Shown one piece after another: positions 1-12,915 of a stretch of DNA of 64,000 bases. How positions within the stretch are numbered: the first letter of the stretch is position 1; every line of letters starts with the position of its first letter. The DNA comes from Octopus bimaculoides. Its lineage: Eukaryota. Location of the stretch: NCBI RefSeq assembly GCF_001194135.2, contig NC_068995.1, positions 34,585,646-34,649,645 on the forward strand, written 5' to 3'. The position numbers and the translations under genes are program-made. The notes under the pieces were generated by a model. It had not been told where the DNA came from. It searched no databases and saw only the letters and a list, made by a program, of their open reading frames with translations.

Positions 1-575
1 CTCATTCTCACACATTCTCTCAATCACTTAAATGTCCTTTTCACACACACGCGTGCATACGCGTGCGTTCTCATACTCACTTTCACATATGAACTTCCAA
101 ACATTTTTTTTTTTGGTACACATAAATACTGAGCTACAATCGCTATAGCCTCCTCTATATTTTATTTGTAAAGAAGTTTCAACATTAGCCACTTACTGAG
201 CGTGTTGTCCCAACACACCACCTTCCTTCCCACCTGTGCTACCCATGCTGGTCTCTTATGAACATACGTTTGTTTTATTTATATATAATTTTCCCCCTTT
301 TCGTCTTCTATCTGTTGACAAAGGATCAACTGTCCGAAACATCGACATCTTTTTCTATCCTTCAGAGTATAATGCCTTGCCGTTGTACATCTTTTCATCG
401 CTTTTTCGAGTTTACCTCGCTTTACTTGTAATTTACTTTTAGGTTTATACCAAGTGGGCATTCTGCATTGTAGAAGGTGTTGAGAGGGCTCAGCAGTTTT
501 AGGGCAGAGTCTATACACTGTCAGCAGGCGGCTGTTAGAGTGAATACTGGCTTGTGGATAAGCTTGGCTAGATGT

Positions 576-949
576 TGTCGCTGTTGGCATTCTGTCGATT
601 ATGACGACGAGGGTTCCAGTTGATCCGATCAACGAAACAGCCTGCTCGTGAAATTAACGTGCAAGTGGCTGAGCACTCCACACACACATGTTCTCGGGGA
701 TATTCAGCGTGACATAGAGTGACAAGGTTGGCCCATTGAATTACAGGAACAACAGAAACAGGAAGTAAGAGTGAGAGAAAGTTGTGGTGAAAGAGTACAG
801 CAGGGTTCGCCACCATCCCCTGCCGGAGCCTCGTGGAGCTTTAGGTGTTTTCGTTCAATAAACACTCACAACGCCCGGTCTGGGAATCGAAACCACGATC
901 CTATGACCGCGAGTCCGCTACCCTAACCACTGGGCCATTGCGCCTCCAC
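576..949 (-). mobile_element. tRNA-derived SINE, family C (GTGGAGGCGC head), full length with 11-bp TSD
   Basis: Minus strand reads GTGGAGGCGCAATGGCCCAGTGGTTAGG (A box)...GGTTTCGATTCCC (B box). 3' tail GGATCAACTGGAACCCTCGTCGTC. Flanked by direct repeat TGGCTAGATGT at 565-575 and 950-960. Confidence 0.85.
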
Positions 950-1699
950 TGGCTAGATGTATGCGTGCTTTAACGGCCATGACTAAATAATCGTTGTTAT
1001 GCTGATGACATCTGCCGATCGTTACCTATCTGCTGAGTTCCAATGATAGAGCGTTAAGTTAGTCGAGACTTATGTGAGTTTTACCTAGATGCCAGCAACA
1101 AAACGAACTAGATCGTAGCAACCAGCATGGAACTAGATCAGCTTACCATACGACACTAAGTATCTGAACTCCATTGGGGCTCAAACAAGAAAGTGTTTAT
1201 GGAGTGACTGTATCCTCAGTGAAAGTATCAGATTGAAACTTCTTTGACCAGTAGCTTTGTGTGGGTATGAAGGAGGGACCCAAGAGTTGATGATACTGAT
1301 TGACTGAAACTATTGGTGACGATATGTGATAAGCTAACGCTTTGCAGTTGTTGGGTAGCCCACCGAACGAACGATTTAATTCTGGTGGAGGTGTGAACAA
1401 AGTTGGTGACGCCGATAGCTGCAATATTTTGGCCTCGTTCTTAGGGCTCAGAACCTCTGTACTCACACCTCCGGAAGTTGGGTGTTGAAAAATGGGTTCG
1501 TGAGAAACAAAGATAATAAAAAAGAATGACACCTAGGAGTGGGAGGCGAGCACCCTGGAGGCCTTTACAGTTGAGTCTGAGGCTCTAGGCCTTCAGCTTT
1601 GAGAATGAGGAATCGACCGACCGAAATGTACACTAGAATGAAGCATATATTAGTTTGATTAACTGTTATTTATTCTTGTTGTTATCGTCGGATGTACTC

Positions 1700-1743
1700 C
1701 TTCTCCTCCTCCTCCTCCTCCTCCTACTACTACTACTACTACA

Positions 1744-1806
<63 letters not shown>
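1700..1806. repeat. (CCT)n + (TAC)n compound microsatellite
   Basis: Direct inspection. Confidence 0.95.
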
Positions 1807-1808
<2 letters not shown>

Positions 1809-4489
1809 GCTTTCATCTCGAGGTTTCCCTACGAATACAACTTCTCCCGCGATGGATTGCATCCTACTTTTCCATGAATATTTGAGGAGAAAGTGGTTCA
1901 ATGTTTACCAACATAACTGGATTCTCATTGACTTATTTCCATATTCTAGACTGACTTCTACTCAGCTCTGTAAGGTCACTGAAAATATTAAGTTCTTACT
2001 GTATTCTTACATTTAGATAATATGCCATTAGTGAATGCTGCAATTTAGTTGATGTTTTACTATGTAACTTTGGTCATAAACCTGTGTCCTGATGTGGTAG
2101 CCATATTTCCTTGACTAGTGCAGCAATGACTTGTTCTGCAAGGACGAATTTATAATTTTTGGTCGTTTATTGACATATATTTGAGTGACATGGCATTTGT
2201 AGTTGATATTGTATTAGTGTTATTGTTGTTTTCATTTATTGTTACTGATTGTAAGTTAGAATTTGTAAAAGCAGATGATGCATAAATATTTCGCCAAACC
2301 GTCACTGTAATACAGTTGTAGGAAGTTGACTTCTCGTACAAATGTAATGTCCAGAGGCTAATTCCTAATGTTGCAATATCCATTATCCTCTTGTCCAAAA
2401 AAAAAAATAAGAACGCTGGTCAAGTTACAATATATCATTTAATAATTCTATAAACATTTATAGCTTTTTTCAAAGTGGTACATATACTAGTAAAATATGT
2501 ACGTGTTTTTAGACTTTTTACGTCGCGTTTGTTAGTAGCTGTATTCATGCTGTAGCAGGCTAAACGTCAAGGGACTTAGACCTAACACATTCATATGATA
2601 TGCTTTAGAAATAATTTTCAGTTGCTAGCATGCGTTATTGTCAAGAAGTAATTATTGCCCAGTAGGAAACTTGGATCAATATTATATATTTTTTCGGTAG
2701 AATAAACGAATTACAACCGTAGACTAGGATTAACATATTATCGGGATAGATAGGATTAACACTAATCGGGATAAAATATTCTTTGTTGTTGTTATTTTCT
2801 CAGTTAAACTAAATTACTAGCATATTTGAAAGAGCTCTGAGCTTCACAAATCTAGGTTGAATGTGGTGTTCATTTCTGAGTATAAAATAATTATCTTAAC
2901 TGAACAGCTGTCAAGTACTGAAGTTGAATTAATCCTAAAATGTTTGGCTTTCTACCGAAGTTACAAATTACTAACATAAATTATCTCACAATCGAATTTT
3001 GCAGTTTATTTTTTCTTGGAGTAAGAAAAAAAACTAGCATCGGATAGTAAAACTATTGCTTGCGTTTATTTAAACAATGTTACACTGATACATAAAGTAA
3101 ATTTAGACATGAATGAAGAATAAATAAAATGTAAGGGCTGAACGTATCTGGTGTTGCTTGGTTATATAAATAACATTGCAAACTTTATATCAGTAATCAT
3201 AAAAATCTTAGTTTTATTTCTGCGATATCAAAGAAACATCTTGAATCTGAATTTCTTTGCGATCACAGAAAATATGTGTAGTTTAAGAGGTATATTTCAG
3301 GCAAAAATATTTTCTGAAAGTTAGTTCTGAAGTTTTCACGTGACAATTTGTTGGCTGCATATGCAAATATCAAAGAGAATTGTATAAAATGCTAAAAAGT
3401 CTTGAGGAGCAGGGAATATTGGGTGTAGAGTAGCCCTTTCTACTGGAATTAGTTGTAGCAATCCGAGTGGAGTTATTAAGTCAAATTCTGAACACTGTTC
3501 CTTCTTAGAAGCATATTAATAACTCGCATTGTTCTGATGAGCTAGGTAACAAAGCACCGAGTCAATGTAACATGATACTAGATATTAAACACCATACAAA
3601 ACACTCTAAGTAATATTTTTCTAGCTAACAATAGAATTAGTTTTTAAAAGTTAATATTCAGACATTGTATTGACAAAATGATATGTTGCAAAATGTGTTA
3701 AATCTATGCTTTGGCAATTTTAACAAAATTGGCAAGTTTAGCGTTAGTGTTATTAATGGTGTGGTTGACAAAATAGGCAAATAGAAATAGTTTACTTAGA
3801 TACAGAATGCACACCAAAATAATTATTTGAAAACGAAGACTAAATTTTTATCATGAATTACAAATAAAAGATTACAATAAAATGAATGAGCGTCCATGTA
3901 ATCATTTCTGCTTCCGTGTAATTATTCTTCAGAATGAGATATATTGAATTAAAAGTTTGTACTGGGTGAACCAATGATAGCTTCAACAATTTTGTTTTTG
4001 AAACATTTGTGCTTCGAATATTGATAATATAATTAGAGCAGCTGCATTGTTCCCATTGCTATTGTTATTGGTTACTTTTTCTTTCTGTTAAATATTTATA
4101 TTTTTTATACTTTAATGGAGATAATAGCATTGCCAACTTTATAGCGTTTTTTTTTTACTTTCTTAGTGTGTTGTGTATTTTTACTAAAATATATTCTCAT
4201 TTCATCAATCCCAATTTCATGTTTTGAGAATATTTACCTCAGGTACATTTCAATATGGCTCTCAGAATTTCTTCAATGAGCAAGTATCTGTATTGTATTC
4301 AGTATTCGTATAAGATATGCATGTGGGGATAAAACAGAATACGGTTGTGTAAGGTAATTTTCTTTTATCGAATATTTCCAAATATCTCTAAAAGCTATTT
4401 TATACATATTCTTACATACGTACATACACCCGCATATATATACACTTACACACATATATACATATATATATAAATATGCGCACTTACAC

Positions 4490-4520
<31 letters not shown>

Positions 4521-4633
4521 TGCACACTTACATAAATATATATGTATGCACACTTACATACATATATACGTATATATATGCACACTTATACACAAAGTTA
4601 TTCACAAATATATTGATTGACATAGATGTAATG

Positions 4634-4635
<2 letters not shown>

Positions 4636-4716
<81 letters not shown>

Positions 4717-4745
4717 ACACACACACATACACACACAAACACACA
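4636..4745. repeat. (CA)n/(CT)n compound microsatellite, preceded by a TA/CA-rich low-complexity tract from about 4410
   Basis: Direct inspection. Confidence 0.95.
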
Positions 4746-4941
4746 CATACATTGGTCATACTGGACCATTGTCTTTATCAGACATGCTGTGTGGGTAAGT
4801 AAATATGCAAAACGCGCAGTTAAATATATACAGGCCTTGTGATATTGTCTGAAAGACGAGACTCTCTCACCCCCCACCCCGGCCCCTAAAAGTAAATCTG
4901 TAATCCATGATGAGATATCAAGCATGATTGAAGATTTTCAG

Positions 4942-5230
4942 AGGTAAAAAAGGACTGCGAACGTTTGTGGGACAAAATGCAAATGATATATCATTAACAA
5001 ACCTGGAAGACCACTGAAAGAATCACTACATATATTAGGTTCTAATAACCCTCTTAGGCTTGGTTTAGATGTGAACACCATATAGGAGCCTTTAGATAAG
5101 AATGGAAGAATATCATGTTTAACATCCCCAAATAGTTCATAGCTCCTCATCCTAATATTTAACAGTCTAACAAAGTCAATGGCTGGAGAGTATAAGTGTT
5201 GGTCAAGTGTTAAGTCTTGCAGTTTATATG
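4942..5230 (+). pseudogene. Degenerate Ig-like (V/I-set) domain exon
   Basis: Frame 1 reads ...LILIFNSLTKSMAGEYKCW, an exact L-x-I/F-x2-L-x3-(D)-x-G-x-Y-x-C spacing (Tyr 5191, Cys 5197). Upstream VGQNAN is in another frame. In-frame TAG at 5083 and 5140 and a frameshift near 4985. Possible acceptor TTTTCAG (4941) and phase-1 donor G|GTGGGC (5231). Confidence 0.5.
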
Positions 5231-7580
5231 GTGGGCCTTACAAGAAAGAATATAACTAACTTACTAAACGTTTAAGTGGAATGTTGAGAAAATTACCCTG
5301 GTATGGACAACAGATGATAATAATCAACGCTTATGGATTAAATAAAGGACTCTTCGCCAAATTCCGAGAATGATATCTTATACGATGTGCGCCTGAAGAA
5401 GGCCGGAGAGTAGAAGGACAGAAATGTTTTGAAAATAACAACCCTAAAGAAGATACAAGTCCGAATATTGTAGTGTATTATAATTATAAGTCGTGTTTGA
5501 GAAATTCTGTCAAAGTGACAAATATTCCTTTCCTGTCTGTATTACCTAAATTTTTACAATACAGTTTATTAATTTTTTTTCTTATATTATGCCGTATGTT
5601 CCCTTCTTTGACATTATTTCAACAATTATTTTACTCCCACTTCATTTTAGAACATTTTTTTTTGTTATATCCAATTGTAATTGAGGCTGCTTATGTAATT
5701 TCAATTTGCTATATTTTATCCCGTCTGACTCAATTCACAAAGCTTAGAATACATTACTATTTAATATTAATGAAATTTTTCAATATTAGTCGTCTAGATT
5801 TTATTAACATGATTTATTCTCCACTATGTTTTATTTTGTAACATTAACTATTAATATTAATGTAGTTCGCAATATTAGTCCAACATTTTATTCTGTTTGT
5901 TTCGCTTAACCGTTGTATTAATCTGTCTTAAAACAATACATTATACATATCTTCTCAGAACGGCCAATGGATTCCAATCATTAAACCTCAACTTTGATAC
6001 CACTTCTACTTCTCAGTTAAACCTCAATTACGCCTCTTTGCCCAACCAAATCTATTCGCCACTTCAGCTAATACTATTGATTCTCTACCGTCATATATTC
6101 ATTGTCACATCGTTTATGAATGATTTTAAGTGTACTTAAATTTTTCCTAGCTCATTCTTCTCATCATATCGTATTCCATTTTACTGATACTATCCGTAAC
6201 AGTCTTATATATCTTAGTTTACTTTTAATCCTTTTAATTCACTTAAGACCGGCTTCAGCAACAACACAATCTATCCATCATTCCAAATTTCAATACACCA
6301 TATTCCATTTAAGCTTTAACTAAAACTCGCCATATTCCCGTACAATTTTCATTTATCTTTTAATATCTTTGCATTGTTTATATTTTTATTTCAACTTCAA
6401 CGGTGATTCCGAGGGTTTATAAACTTATCCCCACCCCTTTGCGATCTGTTAAGTGTTGTTATAACTCTTACATACTGTAACTTACCTATCGCTTCCTATA
6501 CATAAGCATTTTTATTTACTTCAGTGTAGAACTACTCTCTTCTTTAAAGTAGTTTAGAAGTGGTTTTCTAACACCTGCTCCTCTCAATTTAATTTACAAG
6601 TGTTGATCTCTCCCCGCCCGCAGTGAATTCTTTATCTTAAATTTATCATTTCACTCTTTGATAAGTTTGCTTTGAAATAAAACAAAGAAGCTATTTATAA
6701 GAGGTTTCTCGATTAAAAATCAATATTCCAAACTTACACTTCATGTAATGAATACTTTGAAATTTTGCCTAACTGATATTTTAAAATAAGTATGTATGTA
6801 TATTATGTGCTTATGAATGTATGTGTATATATTTATGTATATAAGCATGTATAATACTTACATACATACATATATATACATACGTACATACATATTTATA
6901 TATATATGTGTGTGTGTGTGTGTGGTGTGTGTGGATATACATGCAAACACATCACACATATATACATATCGAAACACACATAGCACACGTATACAGTACA
7001 TATACAAACACACACATATATAACATACATATACAAACGCACACGAATTATAGCTGAATACTGGTTTTATGACTGAATCAACCGTTGAAATGTCTAGCAG
7101 AAATTTCCTTAAGAGTCGAATGTTAACGAATGGTTGATGAGGTCAGTTCAGATAGAAATATTTAAAATCGCAAAAATAAACAAGCATTTGTAAAATGAAG
7201 CATTTAAGAAGCCCATTAGTAAAACTCAACCTATATTCGAAAAGGAATTATGGGATAGGGAAACACGGTTATGTGAGTTATCTCGCAGTTTCCTGTTTAA
7301 AATATATTTAAATTCTGTCTAAAAATATTAAGTAAAGTTTAAGTCTGTATCCTCTTGTTAATAATATTTTTCTTAAAGACGCCAGGAGAAATAAATTTTA
7401 CCCTTTAAAATGGTTATGTTTACACACTTTAGTTTTCATTAGAATAATTCAAGAATCTTATGATACTTAAGAAAAAAATTTAGGACCAAAATATTAGTAA
7501 CTAGGTACATATTAAAAGCTATTAAGATCTACATTTCTACATTTTCCACAATAATTGCTTATAGAACACATTAGCTTATA

Positions 7581-7641
<61 letters not shown>

Positions 7642-8084
7642 CACATACATTGTATGTGTGTGTATGGATGTATGTATGTATATATGTACACACACTTTTT
7701 AAAAGGGAGGGAGAGAGCGGAAAACAAATGAGATATTAAAAATCTAATTGGTTCAGCTCTAATATTAAACGTTAAATTCATCTCATAATGTTATTTTGTT
7801 GCGTATAAAGAAAAAAATACTGTTACTCCATCTCATATTAGTGGTCTGGACTATACTATAGAAATTAAAAGAAAGCAAATATTGTTAGGAGATATCTGAC
7901 ATGTTACCTTATTTTCATTGATTTCTTTTTCATTATTCTTACATTTATTTCGGTTTCAGACTAAATTATTTATGAAGTTCTAATTTTGGTCACACAGAAA
8001 ATTAACATTGCTGATGATAACACAAGTGTGCAAACTATGTGGGTGTGTATGTAGGTCAAATTATGATGATGGTTTCCATTACCA

Positions 8085-8270
8085 GATTGCTGTGCGTTGT
8101 GTTCTGAAGCAAAACACTTCATCTCACCTTGCTTCAGTCACCTCGGCTGTAAATAGATAACTATGCGATGGACTGGACTTAATTTCAGAGGAAGAATGTT
8201 GGCCTGCTCGCCTAGACAGCGGAGTGGGATAATTCGAAAGTTACAACAATATGAGGAAGTGCATTGTATA
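8085..8270 (+). mobile_element. 5'-truncated SINE (family C-like central domain)
   Basis: TTGTGTTCTGAAGCAAAACACTTCATCTCAC matches the copies at 14350 and 21172. Confidence 0.55.
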
Positions 8271-9205
8271 TAACAAAATTCGATATTCTGGTCAGTACGG
8301 TGATATATATCTGTCTCTTCATTCTGGTCTCTATTATGATAAGTTAAGCATTATTCTGCTAAATATTAATATGCTTTGTAGACCCTTACTAACGTCATGT
8401 TGATTTAAGAGAATCGATCTTCTGACAATTATGAATGGGAGCTGATCGATTCCAATTATAATTAACGTTCTCCTTATAAATTCAATATTCAATTTTCAGT
8501 ACAATTCAGTGAATATAATCAGTGATAAGAGCGAATTTAGTGATAAAATCATTTTACCTTTCAAATCTGATTCACAAACTACAGCAATAATAACATTAGT
8601 AATTTACGCTAGTTCCTCCATAATACTAAAACGATATTTTGTTTGCTTTCATAAAATAATAATAAATTCCCATTTCTATATCCGAAGAGTCTTCCATGTA
8701 TATGCCATTTCTCAAAATACCAACATAAGAAAATAAAGAATAAAATCGAAAATGATTTCTGTTGAAATGGAAAATGTTTGTGCGCTGGGGACGAACACTT
8801 CAGAACACAAAAGCTGTTACTTTTACAATTACATATTTCCATGTCCTTCGAAAATTTCAATATAGTGTACTAGTTTTTACGACATGAAGGAAATGAAGCA
8901 ATTTCTATTCTGTATTGTGGCCTTGGACGAATCATTTAACTTGCCGTGAGATTGTTCGACTTTATTCTCGTGTTTGGAAAGTATTATTCTAAGCCATAGG
9001 AAGTAAACATTTAACAAAAATGCGGAACATAGTAAAACTGTGATGTAATATAGAATCATAAAAGAAGCTTTTGTCCAATGAAAAGTTTACTCTTCGTCAC
9101 AGACCTCTCCCTCATGTATATAAAGGGCTTGGTAAAAATTATTAATTGTTGATTTATTAATAAATTAATAAATTGATAAACCTTTACCCTTTTAATTTGT
9201 ATATG

Positions 9206-9244
<39 letters not shown>

Positions 9245-10199
9245 NNNNNNNNNNNNNNNNNNNNNNNNNNNNNNNNNNNNNNNNNNNNNNNNNNNNNNNN
9301 NNNNNNNNNNNNNNNNNNNNNNNNNNNNNNNNNNNNNNNNNNNNNNNNNNNNNNNNNNNNNNNNNNNNNNNNNNNNNNNNNNNNNNNNNNNNNNNNNNNN
9401 NNNNNNNNNNNNNNNNNNNNNNNNNNNNNNNNNNNNNNNNNNNNNNNNNNNNNNNNNNNNNNNNNNNNNNNNNNNNNNNNNNNNNNNNNNNNNNNNNNNN
9501 NNNNNNNNNNNNNNNNNNNNNNNNNNNNNNNNNNNNNNNNNNNNNNNNNNNNNNNNNNNNNNNNNNNNNNNNNNNNNNNNNNNNNNNNNNNNNNNNNNNN
9601 NNNNNNNNNNNNNNNNNNNNNNNNNNNNNNNNNNNNNNNNNNNNNNNNNNNNNNNNNNNNNNNNNNNNNNNNNNNNNNNNNNNNNNNNNNNNNNNNNNNN
9701 NNNNNNNNNNNNNNNNNNNNNNNNNNNNNNNNNNNNNNNNNNNNNNNNNNNNNNNNNNNNNNNNNNNNNNNNNNNNNNNNNNNNNNNNNNNNNNNNNNNN
9801 NNNNNNNNNNNNNNNNNNNNNNNNNNNNNNNNNNNNNNNNNNNNNNNNNNNNNNNNNNNNNNNNNNNNNNNNNNNNNNNNNNNNNNNNNNNAAGACAGAT
9901 AGATAAATAGATAGAAATATAGATAGATAGATAGATAGATAGACAGATAGATAGATAGATAGATAGAAAGATAGAGTCACGTCAGAATAATAAAGTAGAT
10001 TTACTTGCAAAAAAGGACGTGTGCGTTCAATAATGTAATAATACAAAGAATATATATACATGTATACACACATATATGTACATACTTACATCTACATGTG
10101 TATATATAGGCATATCAGGGTACAGGACGTTAGAACAATGAACTACAGACAACGGAACGAACACATAGGAAAACGGAATATATATATATATATATATAT

Positions 10200-10846
10200 A
10201 TAATTCAAGTTTACCGAAAACGAAAGACGATGTCAGCCGACGGAACACTATCAGGTGTATTAGTTTAACGCTCAGGAAGAATGGACAAGTCTTTGACGTT
10301 TCAAGTGAACGTTCTTCAACAGAGAGGATTAAGAGAAAAAATAAAACCGGAGAGAGAAGGAAAAAAAAAACGGAGAGAGTAAAAATATGTGTAGGGAATA
10401 ACGGTTCAACATGGTGAGATGGCCGGAAGAAAGGGGATCAGTGGAAGGGAGATAATAATGGTGACTCGGTCAAACGATGTGCAAGCGCGTGTTTATATGT
10501 AAGAATGGTGTGCGTAAGTGTGTATGCCTGTATATGTGTGAATGGGGGCGAGTGCGTAAGTATGTATGTGTGGGCGACCTTAAATTGATGTGGGCCAGTG
10601 TGTGTGTGTGCGCTTCTAAGTAACCTAGTGCGTACATGCTGTGCGTTTCATGTACTAGTGTGTATCTGTGTGTTTGGACGTGTGTACATATGTATAGGTT
10701 ATCATGTGTGTGTGTGTGCGCACGTGTCTGCGCGTGCGTGTGTGTACGTGCACGTCTGTGTGTATGCAAGCGCATGAGCCTGTGTGTGTGTATGTGTACA
10801 AGTAGGTTAATGTGTGCGTTGTGTGGAGTGATGTGCGTTTCGTGTA

Positions 10847-10883
<37 letters not shown>

Positions 10884-11915
10884 ATGGGCGTATGTATATG
10901 TGCGTGAGGCTGTCGTGTGTGTGTTTGTGTGCGTTCGTGTGCACACGCTTCCGTTTAGCAGTTGATGTATGCTTGTTCGGTTGGTGTGTGCACGCATGTG
11001 TGAAACCCTGTAGTGTGCATACGTATTGTGCATGTTTTTGTGTGAAAGTTGTATGCGTTTATGCATACTATCTGAGTGTGTATATTGTATGTGTTCAGGA
11101 GGTTTGCACACTGCGCGTGCTTTTTAAAGTGAATAGTGTGTTGTGAGAGAGGGGTGGAAAGAGATAGGGTTTGGGAAGTGGGATTGGGCTGAGAGGAAGT
11201 GAAATAGGAGTGAGAGGAGGTGGGATAGGGGTGAGGGAGTGGGATAGGGGTGAGGAGGTGGAATAGGAGTGAGAGGAAGGTGAGTTAATGTTGACGGGAG
11301 TTAAAGGTTGGCAGATATTGGGTGCTAGTGTGTGTGGAGTGGGAAGGTGCGTGTGAATGCATGTGCATGTAAGTGTGTGAAGGTGTGGGAGTGTTCATAA
11401 TGGTCTGCGGTGTGTGTACTGAGTTGAACAGTGTGTTCGTATAGTGGCGTGTGTAGTGAGGATATTGGAGAGTGCGTGAGGGTGCGTGGATTATGGTTTT
11501 TTTGTGGGGGTAATGGGAGGTGCTGGGTGCTAGTGTGTATAGAGAGGAAGCTATGTGTGGGTGTGTGCGCAATGATGTGTGATGTAAGTTGAGCAGTGTG
11601 TTTGGGTGTTTGTACAGTGGTGTGTGGTGAGGGTACCTAGTTAGTCGGTGCGCAGGTGTGGAGGTGGAGGGAAGGGGCTGTTGAAAGTGGGAAGTGTGTG
11701 GGAAATTGTGTGGGGTTTGGTGTTAGATGAAGATAGGTAGCTTCTTCAGACCACAAGGAGGAAAGGAATGTAGGGAGAAGATTAAATCCTGTTCACAGCG
11801 AAGGCGGGAGTCCGGTTGGCCCCTGAGCAGAGAAAGTCCGAACATAGACATTTTGTAGCGAATGACCAGGGCGAGAACCGGGTGTCATTGCCGAGTCTGA
11901 TGTTTTGGAGGTGGT
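10200..11915 (-). mobile_element. Penelope-like element 3' portion: GIY-YIG C-terminus, long CA-rich 3' region and HHR-like terminal repeat
   Basis: 11915->11723 translates with frameshifts as HLQNIRLGND / PGHSLQN / MSMFGLSLLRGQPDSRLRCEQDLIFSLHSFPPCGLKKLPIFI*, typical of the PLE GIY-YIG end. Terminal motif CTGTTGA...GAAACGTCAAAG at 10326-10291 is shared with 53599-53660. Confidence 0.7.
11185..11285. repeat. G-rich minisatellite (about 20-bp unit, GAGGAGGTGGGATAGGGGTGA-like) inside the PLE 3' region
   Basis: 4-5 imperfect units seen directly. Confidence 0.7.
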
Positions 11916-11942
11916 CTCTCTATCCTCTCTCTCTCTCTCTCT

Positions 11943-11988
<46 letters not shown>

Positions 11989-12516
11989 NNNNNNNNNNNN
12001 NNNNNNNNNNNNNNNNNNNNNNNNNNNNNNNNNNNNNNNNNNNNNNNNNNNNNNNNNNNNNNNNNNNNNNNNNNNNNNNNNNNNNNNNNNNNNNNNNNNN
12101 NNNNNNNNNNNNNNNNNNNNNNNNNNNNNNNNNNNNNNNNNNNNNNNNNNNNNNNNNNNNNNNNNNNNNNNNNNNNNNNNNNNNNNNNNNNNNNNNNNNN
12201 NNNNNNNNNNNNNNNNNNNNNNNNNNNNNNNNNNNNNNNNNNNNNNNNNNNNNNNNNNNNNNNNNNNNNNNNNNNNNNNNNNNNNNNNNNNNNNNNNNNN
12301 NNNNNNNNNNNNNNNNNNNNNNNNNNNNNNNNNNNNNNNNNNNNNNNNNNNNNNNNNNNNNNNNNNNNNNNNNNNNNNNNNNNNNNNNNNNNNNNNNNNN
12401 NNNNNNNNNNNNNNNNNNNNNNNNNNNNNNNNNNNNNNNNNNNNNNNNNNNNNNNNNNNNNNNNNNNNNNNNNNNNNNNNNNNNNNNNNNNNNNNNNNNN
12501 NNNNNNNNNNNNNNNN

Positions 12517-12915
12517 NTGTTTCAGTCATTTCATTGCAGCCAAGCTGGAGCACCGCTTTTAGTCGAATAAATCGCCTCCAGGACTTATTTTTTGTAAGCC
12601 TAGTACTTATTCTATCGGTTTCTTTTGCAGAACCGCTAAGTTACGGGGACAGAAACACACCAATATCGGCTGTCTTGTCAAGTGATGGTGGGGGACAAAT
12701 ACAGACATACACACTGACACCCCCCCCCCCGCACATATATATATATATATATACGACGGGCTTCTTTCAGTTTCCGTCTACCAAATCCACTCACAAGGCT
12801 TTGGTCTGCCCGAGGCTATAGTAGAAGACACATGCCCAAAGTGACACGCAGTGGGACTGAACTCGGAACCATGTGGTTGGTAACCAAGCTATTTATCACA
12901 CAACCACCCCCTGCG
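12517..12915 (-). mobile_element. tRNA-derived SINE, family B (TGGCTGTGTGGT head) with internal microsatellite
   Basis: Minus-strand head ...CCACATGGTTCCGAGTTCAGTCCCACTGCGTGTCAC, body GTGGATTTGGTAGACGGAAACTGAAAGAAGCCCGTCG. Homologous to 36425 and 56350-57035. Confidence 0.8.

Noticed and set aside
1197-1532. 111-aa Ser/Pro/Thr-rich minus-strand ORF in a GC-richer island
   Set aside because: No ATG or usable acceptor, and no recognisable domain. A faint RRCEYRG Kunitz-like motif in another frame is too weak to call.
1880-2150. Possible CR1/L2 RT C-terminus (NIN*IAAFTNGILSK, SLEYG)
   Set aside because: Needs several frameshifts and cannot be separated from chance
3534-3540. CTGATGA hammerhead-like heptamers at 3534 and 36780
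   Set aside because: No GAAA closing a valid stem II, and no stem I or III
5393-5430. CTGAAGA-AGGCC...GAAATGTT HHR-like motif
   Set aside because: Stem II and the cleavage site are eroded; at most a PLE fossil
10470-11572. His/Thr-rich and Cys/Val-rich ORFs
   Set aside because: Translations of degenerate (CA)/(GT) low-complexity sequence
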